From a virus (Duplodnaviria > Caudoviricetes): DNA of 49,929 nt. The stretch spans positions 1 to 49,929 of the IMG/VR virus record IMGVR_UViG_3300037424_000509; one strand, written 5' to 3'. The notes beneath the pieces are model-generated. The model did no database searches and was not told the origin of the DNA. It saw only the letters and a list, made by a program, of their open reading frames with translations. A program made the position numbers and the translations under genes. Each line of letters begins with the position of its first letter. Within the stretch, counting starts at the first letter, position 1. Below, in pieces: positions 34,201-42,287 of this stretch.

Positions 34201-35067
34201 GATGGGCAAGCCAGCCTCCCAGCTCTGTCGGTTGACCTGTTCGGCAGCCACCCGAGAAAAAATGCCTTCCACCAGATCCCGGCCCTGCTTTTCATAGAGA
34301 TCCATGAGCCGAATATATCCGGAGTTGACCGTCCGAGCCTTCACACAAAACATGTACAAGGTGCAGAATAATTCCTCGTCGTTTTTCCACCAATAGGCAC
34401 TGGTATAGATGGGCGGGACCGTATCTTTCTTGAATGTTTTTTGATAGTCTTTGAACGCCTTCTTTTCATCAGCAGTGAGCCTATTGGTCCAGTACATATG
34501 GCCTAGTTCGTGTAAAAACTCGGTCACGGGGTCGCTGGGGTCATATAAGGTTATTTCAATGCCGATGGTTGAGGCCCTGATGAGTTCCTTGACCTGGGCG
34601 GGGGTTGGCTTGCGGAAGGTGAGTATCACCGGATGGTCCGGGAGCCAGGATTCACCACACTGCAGGCCGCGGATGAAGCGCACGGCGTTATGCTGCTGAT
34701 CTGCCCACTCCCCCAACCAGTTGTCCCGCTCCGGGGTAAAGATGACCAGTTCGTTACCAGCGACTATGCTGGGTTTACCCTGGACAATTACAGCCTCACC
34801 GGTAAACGCCTTCCGGAGCTGCTGGTCCGCATACTCACGGAGTTGTCCGCGCCGGTGCAGGATGAGGCTGTCTGGATTTTCGCCCACGGCCAAAAAAGTG
34901 CGCCCGTCGATCGATATGAACGCGGGCTGTTTGTCAATAATAGCTTTGCGTATGTCTTTTAATGTATAAGTAGAGCCATAGGCTATTTCGTAGCCTGCTC
35001 CTGCGAGCCGCTTCCGCGTGTCCCCCAGAGTGTACCGCTCATAGGGGACCAATTCTTTAATCTGCAT
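31282..35067 (-). CDS. Polyvalent protein: zincin metallopeptidase, JAB/RadC, PBECR-type RNase and inorganic-pyrophosphatase-like domains
   Basis: FLHELGH...EELF; HNHPSGQPQPSLND...GHVIIDH; LRHMLQEHG...VTIDDLKKIPDII..PD...LEEVRTG..L..KTMY; AQKEAGNYKK...IENPAGS.RSG...HYGY...GADGDHVDVFIG...EHKCMIGF. Confidence 0.85.
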   Translation of the reverse strand: MQIKELVPYERYTLGDTRKRLAGAGYEIAYGSTYTLKDIRKAIIDKQPAFISIDGRTFLAVGENPDSLILHRRGQLREYADQQLRKAFTGEAVIVQGKPSIVAGNELVIFTPERDNWLGEWADQQHNAVRFIRGLQCGESWLPDHPVILTFRKPTPAQVKELIRASTIGIEITLYDPSDPVTEFLHELGHMYWTNRLTADEKKAFKDYQKTFKKDTVPPIYTSAYWWKNDEELFCTLYMFCVKARTVNSGYIRLMDLYEKQGRDLVEGIFSRVAAEQVNRQSWEAGLPILQECVERCLCKTYRIAGTGRILKASSPMGHVPGDIRFDRTVKHTVREKHKDIEWIDIEDGPLAGQEIVLKAGVVHPAMTKAIIRYRANNIKSIPGTLSKTLTQGRGPLSEITPENIQQEKEYVPHVGMFKAILQKAKNTGHLIKKVITNKIGRRQSVWVRPEDLQKPGIIKKQRDRHHVLPQEPSSQHIFEAHPGELDSSPLLPEAAKLKGELIASGINLNYEKEWTESNKISLLGQKIKDPADLAHLAQVYRNPQFETMRIFMLNNKNKVVLETGVSCRLPGTAAAFIHPKDQVASIIDMKMKMQASGAMQYYIMHNHPSGQPQPSLNDSLVTNFYRKNLSGFKGHVIIDHDQYALIDEQGRKSSMTVDPTMRRGAEYLTPSHAHAAIGEHITGPPDLVNIVKKHQLLKDFFVTLIGASIGRVRGIINIPAATFLGDGKIGLQQAHEFSVKVGAIDMFAVGLDEGDATATAIKTGIEQGYFRDIVTRDGNSMLESGKYRKNPDYDSGLNALEVAQVHERGGHMTKARLVRRLDGTLILLKAKDRSRLQKKVITNKLGYQQTVYVAPPDANQEGRQHHGSTRGGGAGERGHGNNLNTFIHDAITGPGGQKTTYDIGTVDAKENEKFTKIGLDCQGYTHRLENYGLRHMLQEHGNPKRETRRRQIAVTIDDLKKIPDIIHNPDGMSKSKKTSLGNEVIIYNKQYNGTVYYLEEVRTGNKTLTSKTMYIKKRGRADVAMTPQPLTSETPPPSKNKDIKKGNESQENNLSIIKATTYEDLADLLQDVDTDPSPAQKEAGNYKKASFSWNGLKITIENPAGSMRSGIGSDGEPWETDVYHHYGYVNRSEGADGDHVDVFIGPAMDTADTVYVVHQVDPESGDFNEHKCMIGFNAQDEAQDAYLKHYPEGWRGMGEVVPLPVDDFATWLQEGDTTEPTPRYKQMFQKAKNMISKKIILPALTSLVIVEAVTHSKYTL

Positions 35068-35096
35068 TAATGCCGCCGGTCGGTTATGTTAATTTT

Positions 35097-35131
35097 AATA
35101 TACTATCGTGAAAATCAAAACGTCTATAGGC
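35097..35131 (-). promoter_or_regulatory. Promoter upstream of the giant-protein cluster
   Basis: GCCTA-TAGACG, 18 nt, TATATT-AAAA. Confidence 0.5.
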
Positions 35132-35144
35132 TATCATCACTTTT

Positions 35145-35513
35145 TCATCTTATCATTGAGTTTTGCACGAGCGGGTGCCACCGTGACCAGGATTCCTCCT
35201 CAATAAACGGCATCTTGAGGTTAAGGGCGTCTTGAAACTCATCCCTGCTGCCATCGGATTTTTCCCAGCCTTTCAGGAGCAGGAGAACATCACATCCCTT
35301 GAGCATACGTTTCCCGCCCAACAGAAAATTGTTATCCGGACATATCCCGTCCATCATCGCGCTATTCATATGCGGACAGATAGCAGCAAACCCATCGCGC
35401 CAGACCCGCTTGGCCATCCTCCGAGCGCGGTAGATGTTTATGAGACGGCCCAACCAGTTGAAGAGCCAGGGCCAAGTTGACCGATATGGACCGGCGATAT
35501 AAACGAGCTTCAT
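35145..35513 (-). CDS. DUF4406/DUF1937-like protein (nucleoside deoxyribosyltransferase-like fold)
   Basis: VYIAGPY, AICPHMN, L..CD.LLLL.GWE.S.G...E. Confidence 0.8.
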   Translation of the reverse strand: MKLVYIAGPYRSTWPWLFNWLGRLINIYRARRMAKRVWRDGFAAICPHMNSAMMDGICPDNNFLLGGKRMLKGCDVLLLLKGWEKSDGSRDEFQDALNLKMPFIEEESWSRWHPLVQNSMIR

Positions 35514-35851
35514 ATTTTCTCTCCTGTAATTAGAGTTAAAATATCAGGCCATGATGGTATACCGCCGAGGTTTCGATCATCAATATAGATGTCCGCATAA
35601 ATTTTCGGGAAAGCATTAAAATCAATATTATCTGCATTTTGATTTGCCTTATGAAATTTAATCCCGTTCCTGTTTAAAAACTCAATAGCCTGCTGGAGTG
35701 TACCATCCCATCCGCGGCAAGTCCAAATGATGACGTAATGACCGAGATCACAAATTCTATTGATGACTTCCTTGGCATATGGCTTTAAGGGACCGATCTC
35801 CGGATATTCGTGTTCAACAATAGTACCGTCAAAATCAATTGCTATAATCAT
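35510..35851 (-). CDS. HAD-superfamily phosphatase
   Basis: IAIDFDGTIV, IWTCR, KIYADIYIDDRN. Confidence 0.9.
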   Translation of the reverse strand: MIIAIDFDGTIVEHEYPEIGPLKPYAKEVINRICDLGHYVIIWTCRGWDGTLQQAIEFLNRNGIKFHKANQNADNIDFNAFPKIYADIYIDDRNLGGIPSWPDILTLITGEKI

Positions 35852-35860
35852 GGCCTTACC

Positions 35861-36166
35861 TCAATCATGTTTTTTACAGTCAGCGGAAATAACGCGCCCA
35901 TATGGCGGCGTATATTCGCAGGCGCAGAACCAATACCGAAAATTGATGATATTCATAATACGACAATACCACTCGCCCCGGTAGTAACCCCGTGCTGCCC
36001 AAAACTTCCACCACTGCCGGCAGTAGTGTTCACACGGATCCCCGCGCCATAATAGCCACACAGGCAATCGCTTTTGATAGGCTTTACAATAAGTCCGTTG
36101 AGATGGTATGATGGTATCAGTGAGATGTTCACAGTTGATGCACTTGGTTGGCTTTCTATTGATCAT
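35861..36166 (-). CDS. Cys-rich hypothetical protein
   Basis: 101 aa ORF, multiple Cys pairs. Confidence 0.55.
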   Translation of the reverse strand: MINRKPTKCINCEHLTDTIIPSQRTYCKAYQKRLPVWLLWRGDPCEHYCRQWWKFWAARGYYRGEWYCRIMNIINFRYWFCACEYTPPYGRVISADCKKHD

Positions 36167-36617
36167 AGGGATCCCCCAGCTCGCCCATCCCGGCGGGTAT
36201 GCTTAATTTAGGAGTAGAATCGGCACACCCGGTATTTAACATGAACATAGGAATCCATTGGGGTATAGGATATTTTGGATGGCAGCATTGCCATCTGCCC
36301 TCCTTAGATACAGGCCCAATGTGTCCACACTTATGGCATGACCGCCAGTTGCTTACTTTTCTGACATAGGCCCGCTTGGCCGCCTCAATAGCCAGGTCAT
36401 TCTTAGCATAGGTCACGGCATGTCCCATTAAGGCAATTACCTGGGCAGCCATTTCCGGGTCTGACTGGATGAACGTGAAAGACTCCCCACCCTTGCGCCC
36501 CTGGATATCTGGTGATGGCCGCAGTTTGATCTTTTTAGAAACATAGTCAATATTCAATAGGATGGCCACCTTACCCTCTTGACATATAACCTCTCGGCTT
36601 TGTTCTTGTATATCCAT
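36156..36617 (-). CDS. Hypothetical protein with C-terminal Cys cluster
   Basis: AAGGAG RBS, 153 aa. Confidence 0.6.
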   Translation of the reverse strand: MDIQEQSREVICQEGKVAILLNIDYVSKKIKLRPSPDIQGRKGGESFTFIQSDPEMAAQVIALMGHAVTYAKNDLAIEAAKRAYVRKVSNWRSCHKCGHIGPVSKEGRWQCCHPKYPIPQWIPMFMLNTGCADSTPKLSIPAGMGELGDPYDQ

Positions 36618-36649
36618 GCTAATCTCCTTTCAGCTCAATATTGGTATTG

Positions 36650-37054
36650 CTACTGTTTTGCTGCATTGCGGATGATACTCCGAAAAAATTTATTGGTAAA
36701 CTGGCTATCGTTTGCAACCTTGTTCAGATATGATGTCTTTAGGCCGCAGCGTCCATGGTGTTGGCCCCACGCACATTGCATACATCTTCCCTTCCTTGGC
36801 ATATCCAGATAGCGTATGCAGAACGGACAAACTTCCTCACATATATTTTTATAATTGAGCAGATAAATATTATCAACTAGGCGATTCCATACATAATGAG
36901 CTATCTGATTCGGCCAGGCGAGGAGCGCGGCCTCATCATTTTCATTAAATAGCAATCCCCCAGAGAGCTTGTCTTTTTCCCGCATATATCTGATAAGTTT
37001 CTTGCGATAATCGGCCATGGTCCTACATCCTGATCTCAATTTGGCGTTTACCAC
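36650..37054 (-). CDS. Hypothetical protein with CPFC...CxxC motif
   Basis: ORF track; likely start at MADY (ATG 37018). Confidence 0.6.
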   Translation of the reverse strand: MVNAKLRSGCRTMADYRKKLIRYMREKDKLSGGLLFNENDEAALLAWPNQIAHYVWNRLVDNIYLLNYKNICEEVCPFCIRYLDMPRKGRCMQCAWGQHHGRCGLKTSYLNKVANDSQFTNKFFRSIIRNAAKQ

Positions 37055-37220
37055 TTAAATAATTGCATAGCTTTTCTTCTTTATTCCAGGCCGCGCACTC
37101 GCCCTCGATGCAATCCAGAAACTCCTCTCGTAATCCATCAGCATATTGCATCTGGTGACATTGATCTATATTTCCGCCTTGATATAAAGTCCGTATATCT
37201 TTTCTTAATGGACATTTCAT
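37023..37220 (-). CDS. Small protein, KCP...C....CAAW type
   Basis: 65 aa, ATGA-coupled. Confidence 0.55.
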   Translation of the reverse strand: MKCPLRKDIRTLYQGGNIDQCHQMQYADGLREEFLDCIEGECAAWNKEEKLCNYLSGKRQIEIRM

Positions 37221-37438
37221 GCCTTACCCTCCCGGACAACCTCGATAGATTCATCGGGGCCCATTATGATTACTTTGACCCCAGATACTACGTCTTCAAA
37301 AACAGGAGACACGGCGTCCACAATATTGCTGGTTGGTAATACGCTCGTATGTATCACCACCACATCGCCCGGCTGGACGTTCATCACCTTAATGCTTTCA
37401 ATAGGTATTTCAACCCCTGTGTCGGTTATGATTTTCAT
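37217..37438 (-). CDS. Hypothetical protein
   Basis: 73 aa ORF. Confidence 0.55.
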   Translation of the reverse strand: MKIITDTGVEIPIESIKVMNVQPGDVVVIHTSVLPTSNIVDAVSPVFEDVVSGVKVIIMGPDESIEVVREGKA

Positions 37439-37461
37439 GATGCCTTTTTCACCCCTTACAA

Positions 37462-37953
37462 TTACTGTAGGTTAATATATTTCCCGGCAATTCCAGATTG
37501 CCTTAACGCTTCCGCATTATTCTTACCGTATGCTACTAAGGCCGATGGCCCGCCGGAATTGGAGTCGGCTCGCCGTCCATCCACATAATGAAAATATAAC
37601 CTGCCTTGTATAAATAGGATGGCGTGAGCCTTTGCCCAGACATGCTCAAAAAACATCTCGGTTTCCGTCCGGGCGAATATGAGGGCGATCCCATTACCGT
37701 GCTCTGCAAGCTTATTCAACCACCATCCGGTTTCTTTGCCATACGGGGGATTGCACCAGACGCGGCCCTCCCACGGCATAAGTAGACCATTATCTTGGAC
37801 GGTATAATGCCGGCGGGCCATATCCCACGGCCTGACAACCGGCGCACAGGGATCAAGATCAAACTCTCCCAAAGCGCGGATTATTTTCGGGGGCGTCAAC
37901 CACTCATCGTTTAACATCCGGTGCGATTGATGTGATCCTATACCTGTTTTCAT
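37462..37953 (-). CDS. Phage DNA N6-adenine methyltransferase (phage Dam family)
   Basis: DEWLTPP, FDLDPCA, DNGL..PWEGRVWCNPPYG, ALIFARTET. Confidence 0.9.
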   Translation of the reverse strand: MKTGIGSHQSHRMLNDEWLTPPKIIRALGEFDLDPCAPVVRPWDMARRHYTVQDNGLLMPWEGRVWCNPPYGKETGWWLNKLAEHGNGIALIFARTETEMFFEHVWAKAHAILFIQGRLYFHYVDGRRADSNSGGPSALVAYGKNNAEALRQSGIAGKYINLQ

Positions 37954-37968
37954 GAATTAAATATCTGA

Positions 37969-38187
37969 CTATATTCCCATCCGCTTAATATATACATCAT
38001 AAATAGTATGGAAATACCCATAACAGCCTCTATATATTTTCACTTTATCATCCATGCCAAATAATCCAAGAATAAACCCCAAAAAACCCGAAACTCTATA
38101 CTCGCCAAAGCGCGATCGATGACTGTTTCCATATTTTACAGGAATGATACCCCATAAATGCACTTCTTTAATTTTTCGTTGTTTCAT
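37969..38187 (-). CDS. Hypothetical protein
   Basis: 72 aa ORF. Confidence 0.5.
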   Translation of the reverse strand: MKQRKIKEVHLWGIIPVKYGNSHRSRFGEYRVSGFLGFILGLFGMDDKVKIYRGCYGYFHTIYDVYIKRMGI

Positions 38188-38194
38188 ACTTAAA

Positions 38195-38461
38195 CTATCC
38201 TGCCTTGATATTGATATAAGAATCTAATATGTCGGCCACTTCTTTTAAAAATACTTCCACCCTACCATGGGCGTTATAAGGTAATGGACCATGAACGGGA
38301 TCTACCTGGATTTTTCCATCAGGATGAGTGGCATAAATTCCTACAAAGCCATGCTCACCGACCATCGCCTCGAAACATAACTCCTGACGGATACCATTAA
38401 GATAGACGGCAAACAAATAGGAATCAGGGTCACTTACATGATAATGTTGCCGTTCAATCAT
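38195..38461 (-). CDS. Hypothetical protein
   Basis: Likely start MIERQHY (38461); the ORF-track extension overlaps the MuF-like gene. Confidence 0.55.
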   Translation of the reverse strand: MIERQHYHVSDPDSYLFAVYLNGIRQELCFEAMVGEHGFVGIYATHPDGKIQVDPVHGPLPYNAHGRVEVFLKEVADILDSYINIKAG

Positions 38462-38474
38462 TGCCTTATTCTCC

Positions 38475-39950
38475 CTATTCCTTGAATATCTGACTATACT
38501 CCCTCTGGTTCTCAGCCACGGGTATGGGTCTGGTCCGGTCACGCCGCCACGCCTCAAGCTCCGCGGCAAAATCAGACGCCGGGACACCGACATATATCTG
38601 CCCGCCCACGGTTGCCAGAGGCCTACCCCCTTGATCGGTGCCCGCGGGGGTGCCGGATCGATCTATATATTCAATATCCCGTTTATGGATCCCCGCTGCG
38701 CGGTCCGCTTCTTTCTGGGCCTCGCGCTCCTGGATACGCTCCCGGCCCTCATCAAGTTCGTGCTTGAAGTCCTCCGGAAGATACTGTTCCATTTCCTTGG
38801 TGCTCTTGTACTCGATGCGCCCTGTGTCCTCGTTATACGTTTCCGCCTCGGGATGAAAACGTACCATGTGCATTTTTCCCCAAGGGTGTGGTGGCTCACA
38901 GAGTCGCCATGCCGCCTGCCTGTAGCCCACATTATTCTTTCCCTGCCAGACCGCGATGTCGGTATGCGGGTCCTTGATGCCTCGGCTTGATAGGCTGTCG
39001 TCGCTCTCATCTCCTACCAACTCCAAGGGGATCAGCCGGAGCACGCGCCCCTGGTGGGCAGCACACCATTTACAAGTGCCGCCGACGGAAAGCATGTAGA
39101 CGGCCTTGGCCTGGTCCCTCATGCTCTGCATAGCTTGGTCTTCATACGCTGCCATCTTCCCCTGGCCATGAATCATGGCCAACTCGGTATTGGCCACCCT
39201 CCTCCAGTCCCGGAGAAGGGCCTGGGCGGTATAGTTTTTCAGATCTGGGTTTTCATCCTTCATCCAATATAGATTGCTTGCGAGTTCCTGAGATGAGAGC
39301 CCCAGCTTATCAGCCTTGACCACTTGCTGCCGGATGGCCTCGCGCACATCATCCTTGACCTTTTGAACGTATTGAGCTGCGCCGGCATATGCGCGGTGCA
39401 TGGTCTTTTCGATCTCTTTATTGACGCGCTTATGGCTCGTGGCATCCTTGAACGTCCGCGGGAACGGGCCGAACTCCTGCTCGACCTGCTCATAGCTCTT
39501 TTTCCCATACTCATGGACCCGTTTCTGCTGATTCTCCGCCTCGGCACTGGCCAGGGCCAGCAACACTCCTTTTACCGCCATCTCCTCATTGATACCATTC
39601 AGGTATGGCCGCATGTACTGAGTAACCTGGTCCTCGAACTTATCCCATTGGCTCTGGGTCAGGGGCTTGCCCTTCTTATACAGGTTCATGCCCTTGACAA
39701 CAAACGGCTTTGGGTGCAAGTTGCTTCCGATATACCCCCGGATTTTATCGACTAGGCTGGAGAGGATCCCCTTAGAGAGTTGCTCCGGGGGCTTTACGGA
39801 GAATGTCTCAGGATCCTTGACCCCCAGGTTACGGGTCACGCCATGGAATACGTTTAGGATGACCGTAGACATGTAATTGGACAGGTCCTCGGCCACATCC
39901 TCAAGGTATTTCAGGTCATCATCTTCGGGGATAAAAGGTTTATTGTTCAC
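38475..39950 (-). CDS. MuF/SPP1 gp7-like head morphogenesis protein
   Basis: DWRRVANTELA, TCKWC, GKNNVG...W...PPHPW pattern. Confidence 0.75.
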   Translation of the reverse strand: MNNKPFIPEDDDLKYLEDVAEDLSNYMSTVILNVFHGVTRNLGVKDPETFSVKPPEQLSKGILSSLVDKIRGYIGSNLHPKPFVVKGMNLYKKGKPLTQSQWDKFEDQVTQYMRPYLNGINEEMAVKGVLLALASAEAENQQKRVHEYGKKSYEQVEQEFGPFPRTFKDATSHKRVNKEIEKTMHRAYAGAAQYVQKVKDDVREAIRQQVVKADKLGLSSQELASNLYWMKDENPDLKNYTAQALLRDWRRVANTELAMIHGQGKMAAYEDQAMQSMRDQAKAVYMLSVGGTCKWCAAHQGRVLRLIPLELVGDESDDSLSSRGIKDPHTDIAVWQGKNNVGYRQAAWRLCEPPHPWGKMHMVRFHPEAETYNEDTGRIEYKSTKEMEQYLPEDFKHELDEGRERIQEREAQKEADRAAGIHKRDIEYIDRSGTPAGTDQGGRPLATVGGQIYVGVPASDFAAELEAWRRDRTRPIPVAENQREYSQIFKE

Positions 39951-40108
39951 AGAGTACCAATCAATTCTTTTAAAAATTTGGTATGTTCAATTGCCTCTTT
40001 AATCCATTCCTGATTTCGTTTGGTTAGATCCCATGTTCTTTTGATAAAGAATATTGCTATACCTAAAATCATCCTGTTAACATAACGTGATATTTTATAC
40101 ATGTTCAT
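39947..40108 (-). CDS. Small hypothetical protein (53 aa, not in ORF track)
   Basis: MNMYKISRYVNRMILGIAIFFIKRTWD...; coupled by 4-nt overlaps at both ends. Confidence 0.45.
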   Translation of the reverse strand: MNMYKISRYVNRMILGIAIFFIKRTWDLTKRNQEWIKEAIEHTKFLKELIGTL

Positions 40109-41763
40109 GCAAATAACCTTTCTTGTTTAAATGCTTCCGCCATGCGTTTGACCGCAATTTGATATGAGTCGGGATCATCTTCAAACCCACACATCTTAAA
40201 CCCTTCCAACCAGGCCGCTATCAGCGTGGTCCCGCTACCAGCACAGATGTCGAGCACTATCCCGCCCGGTGGGGTAACGAGTCGGCACAGGTACCGCATG
40301 AGTGCCAAGGGCTTGACCGTGGGATGGGTGTTACCATACCCTCGCTCTAATTTGGACGCCTTGGCACAATATTTAAACCTGTTTACGTAGACCTTCTCCC
40401 CACGAACCATACTGTGCAACATGGCGTTCGATATGATGTTTCCGACAAAGCCATCTATATTCAAAAGGTTTTGAATAATCATCATGGTGTTTATCAGTTT
40501 TTGGATTTCCGCATATTTCACAGGGTTGTGGCTTAATTTTTCCATGATCATGCGCGCGAGTCCGTGCAAGCACCTTGAGCCGGTACTGTGAATCATTGTG
40601 ATAACTGATTCTTCGTTGCTCTTTAATGATATCCTTATTACGTTCATAAAAGGTATTATCATATCTCTTAACTGCTTGTCCTCTTGGCATTGCTCTATTG
40701 CTACAAGTTTTAGAACAAAATTTTCTACTCGCTCTTGCCGGGATAAAATATTTTCCACAGTATTCGCATTGTCGCATATATCTCCCTCTGAAAAACGACA
40801 TTGTATAAAAAACCTGGCAGCAGATCCAGTGTCGCCGCGTTTCTCCACGGGGATCCGGCCACTATAATTCCCATAAACATTTTTCATCGGTAAAGACGGC
40901 TCTGTCCCCCGGATATCTCCTTGCTGACCATTGGAGTCTGGAAACATATCCAGGACCTCCTCGCTGCCGTCGTGGAGGATGTTGGCCGGAAACCTGCCGG
41001 TGGGTTGCGGTTTGACTTGAAAGTTGCTTTTCTTGGGGGTTTTATTCTGAAAACAATCTTCGTTGATATAATGGCGAATGTCATATTCTCCGGGCTCCGC
41101 CGGCACCCGGCATTTATCGACATTAATTGCCCCGGTTCCCCACTTGAGCACGTTGGCAGCCACAGTTTCTTCCGAGATGGGCTTCCGGGCCAATACGATC
41201 GGTTCCCAAGCGGGCTTGAGGGCGGTCCCCCACCCGTCCCACTGCTGGGCCTCGGGGGTGGTGGGAGCGGTGATAGGTTCGGTCCTCTGTATGCCTGTTT
41301 GTCCCTCATATTTATTTTTGGAAAAAGAACCGGCCCCGCTGCCAGCATTATGGCCCCACAATTTCTTTTCTCCAACAACAGGCCGTTCCGCGCCCGCCGC
41401 CTTATCGATCGCCTTGCTCACGTCCATCGATTTTGGAAATCCCTGGGAGTAAAGCCACCCGAGCTGATCCCTGATCTCAAATCCAGCGTCCTCAATGTTT
41501 ACGACTCCCCGGTGATAGGTCCGGGTCCCGAAAAATGATAGCAGATGGCCGCCGGGTTTCAGCACCCGCAGGGCCTCTCGCCACACATCGATGCCAGGAA
41601 CAGTACGGTCCCATTCTTTACCCATGAATCCAGGTCTTTTACCATTCCCAAATCCATAGGGCGGATCTGTGACAATAGCATCGATAGAATTATCAGGCAA
41701 CATCTGACGCATCCCGGCGAGATGATCCATAAAAAATAGCTTATTGATAAAGTCATTGCTCAA
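40105..41763 (-). CDS. N4-cytosine/N6-adenine DNA methyltransferase (beta class) with a 145-codon in-frame insertion
   Basis: IVTDPPY, LRVLKPGGHL, GFPKS, GTALKPAWEPI, GRFPAN, HPTVKP, VLDICAGSGTT; insert splits the usual SAARFF-YCAKAS motif. Confidence 0.9.
   Translation of the reverse strand: MSNDFINKLFFMDHLAGMRQMLPDNSIDAIVTDPPYGFGNGKRPGFMGKEWDRTVPGIDVWREALRVLKPGGHLLSFFGTRTYHRGVVNIEDAGFEIRDQLGWLYSQGFPKSMDVSKAIDKAAGAERPVVGEKKLWGHNAGSGAGSFSKNKYEGQTGIQRTEPITAPTTPEAQQWDGWGTALKPAWEPIVLARKPISEETVAANVLKWGTGAINVDKCRVPAEPGEYDIRHYINEDCFQNKTPKKSNFQVKPQPTGRFPANILHDGSEEVLDMFPDSNGQQGDIRGTEPSLPMKNVYGNYSGRIPVEKRGDTGSAARFFIQCRFSEGDICDNANTVENILSRQERVENFVLKLVAIEQCQEDKQLRDMIIPFMNVIRISLKSNEESVITMIHSTGSRCLHGLARMIMEKLSHNPVKYAEIQKLINTMMIIQNLLNIDGFVGNIISNAMLHSMVRGEKVYVNRFKYCAKASKLERGYGNTHPTVKPLALMRYLCRLVTPPGGIVLDICAGSGTTLIAAWLEGFKMCGFEDDPDSYQIAVKRMAEAFKQERLFA
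40373..40777 (-). CDS. HNH-type endonuclease with N-terminal Zn finger, nested out of frame inside the methyltransferase
   Basis: GAGGGAG RBS just before ATG 40777; CEYCG...FCSKTC; PCEICG...KHHDDYSKP...WLCRKHH...H. Confidence 0.85.
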   Translation of the reverse strand: MRQCEYCGKYFIPARASRKFCSKTCSNRAMPRGQAVKRYDNTFYERNKDIIKEQRRISYHNDSQYRLKVLARTRAHDHGKIKPQPCEICGNPKTDKHHDDYSKPFEYRWLCRKHHIERHVAQYGSWGEGLRKQV

Positions 41764-42101
41764 TGCAAAATCCTCTGCCTATACAAATTAACAGAATACT
41801 CATAAGCATTACGCATTTCACGCGCCATAAACCGGATAGCGTCCGGTAGAACGATATTCTTGCTTTTCGCTACCATATCGATCTCGGACCTGGGAAAGGC
41901 AGCAACCCGGATAAACATCTCAATCCGTTCGGCTACAAAATAATTATAAGGAATACTCATTCCCTGGTCCTTAACCAAGCTGTCAATTATTTCAAATATC
42001 TGCTGCCTATCTTCTGGCAGCGGGAACTCATCCAGCATGAAAACCATGGGGGTCATCGAACAATGGGCATTCTGCTGGTTTGCGTAGGGACACGATTTCA
42101 T
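41760..42101 (-). CDS. Hypothetical protein
   Basis: 113 aa, ATGA-coupled at both ends. Confidence 0.6.
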   Translation of the reverse strand: MKSCPYANQQNAHCSMTPMVFMLDEFPLPEDRQQIFEIIDSLVKDQGMSIPYNYFVAERIEMFIRVAAFPRSEIDMVAKSKNIVLPDAIRFMAREMRNAYEYSVNLYRQRILH

Positions 42102-42262
42102 AGAACAGGTGCCTTATATACCTTGCGGTCCTCAAACTCTTGCTGCTTGCCGGGATTCCAGTTGTTTACAGGCGCAAAATACCCTACAACGCGGCTATAA
42201 GTGAGGACGGGAATTTTTAAGGTTTTCGGTTTCATCTCCGTCTCTGTTTCCAATTCATCCAT
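42098..42262 (-). CDS. Stand-alone NrdD C-terminal glycyl-radical domain peptide (54 aa, not in ORF track)
   Basis: MDELETETEMKPKTLKIPVLTYSRVVGYFAPVNNWNPGKQQEFEDRKVYKAPVL*; YSRVVGY..PV..WN.GK..EF.DR is the class III RNR radical motif. Confidence 0.85.
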   Translation of the reverse strand: MDELETETEMKPKTLKIPVLTYSRVVGYFAPVNNWNPGKQQEFEDRKVYKAPVL

Positions 42263-42287
42263 AATATTGCCCCGTCTAAACTCTTAA

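Noticed and set aside
22329-35000. Many plus-strand ORFs antisense to the giant genes (e.g. 26315..27262)
   Set aside because: No recognisable motifs; expected antisense open frames opposite long, higher-GC coding regions
40381-40815. Methyltransferase insert as a classical intein or group I intron
   Set aside because: No N-terminal Cys/Ser or C-terminal His-Asn intein motifs in the host frame, and the nested HNH ORF leaves almost no non-coding sequence for a ribozyme core
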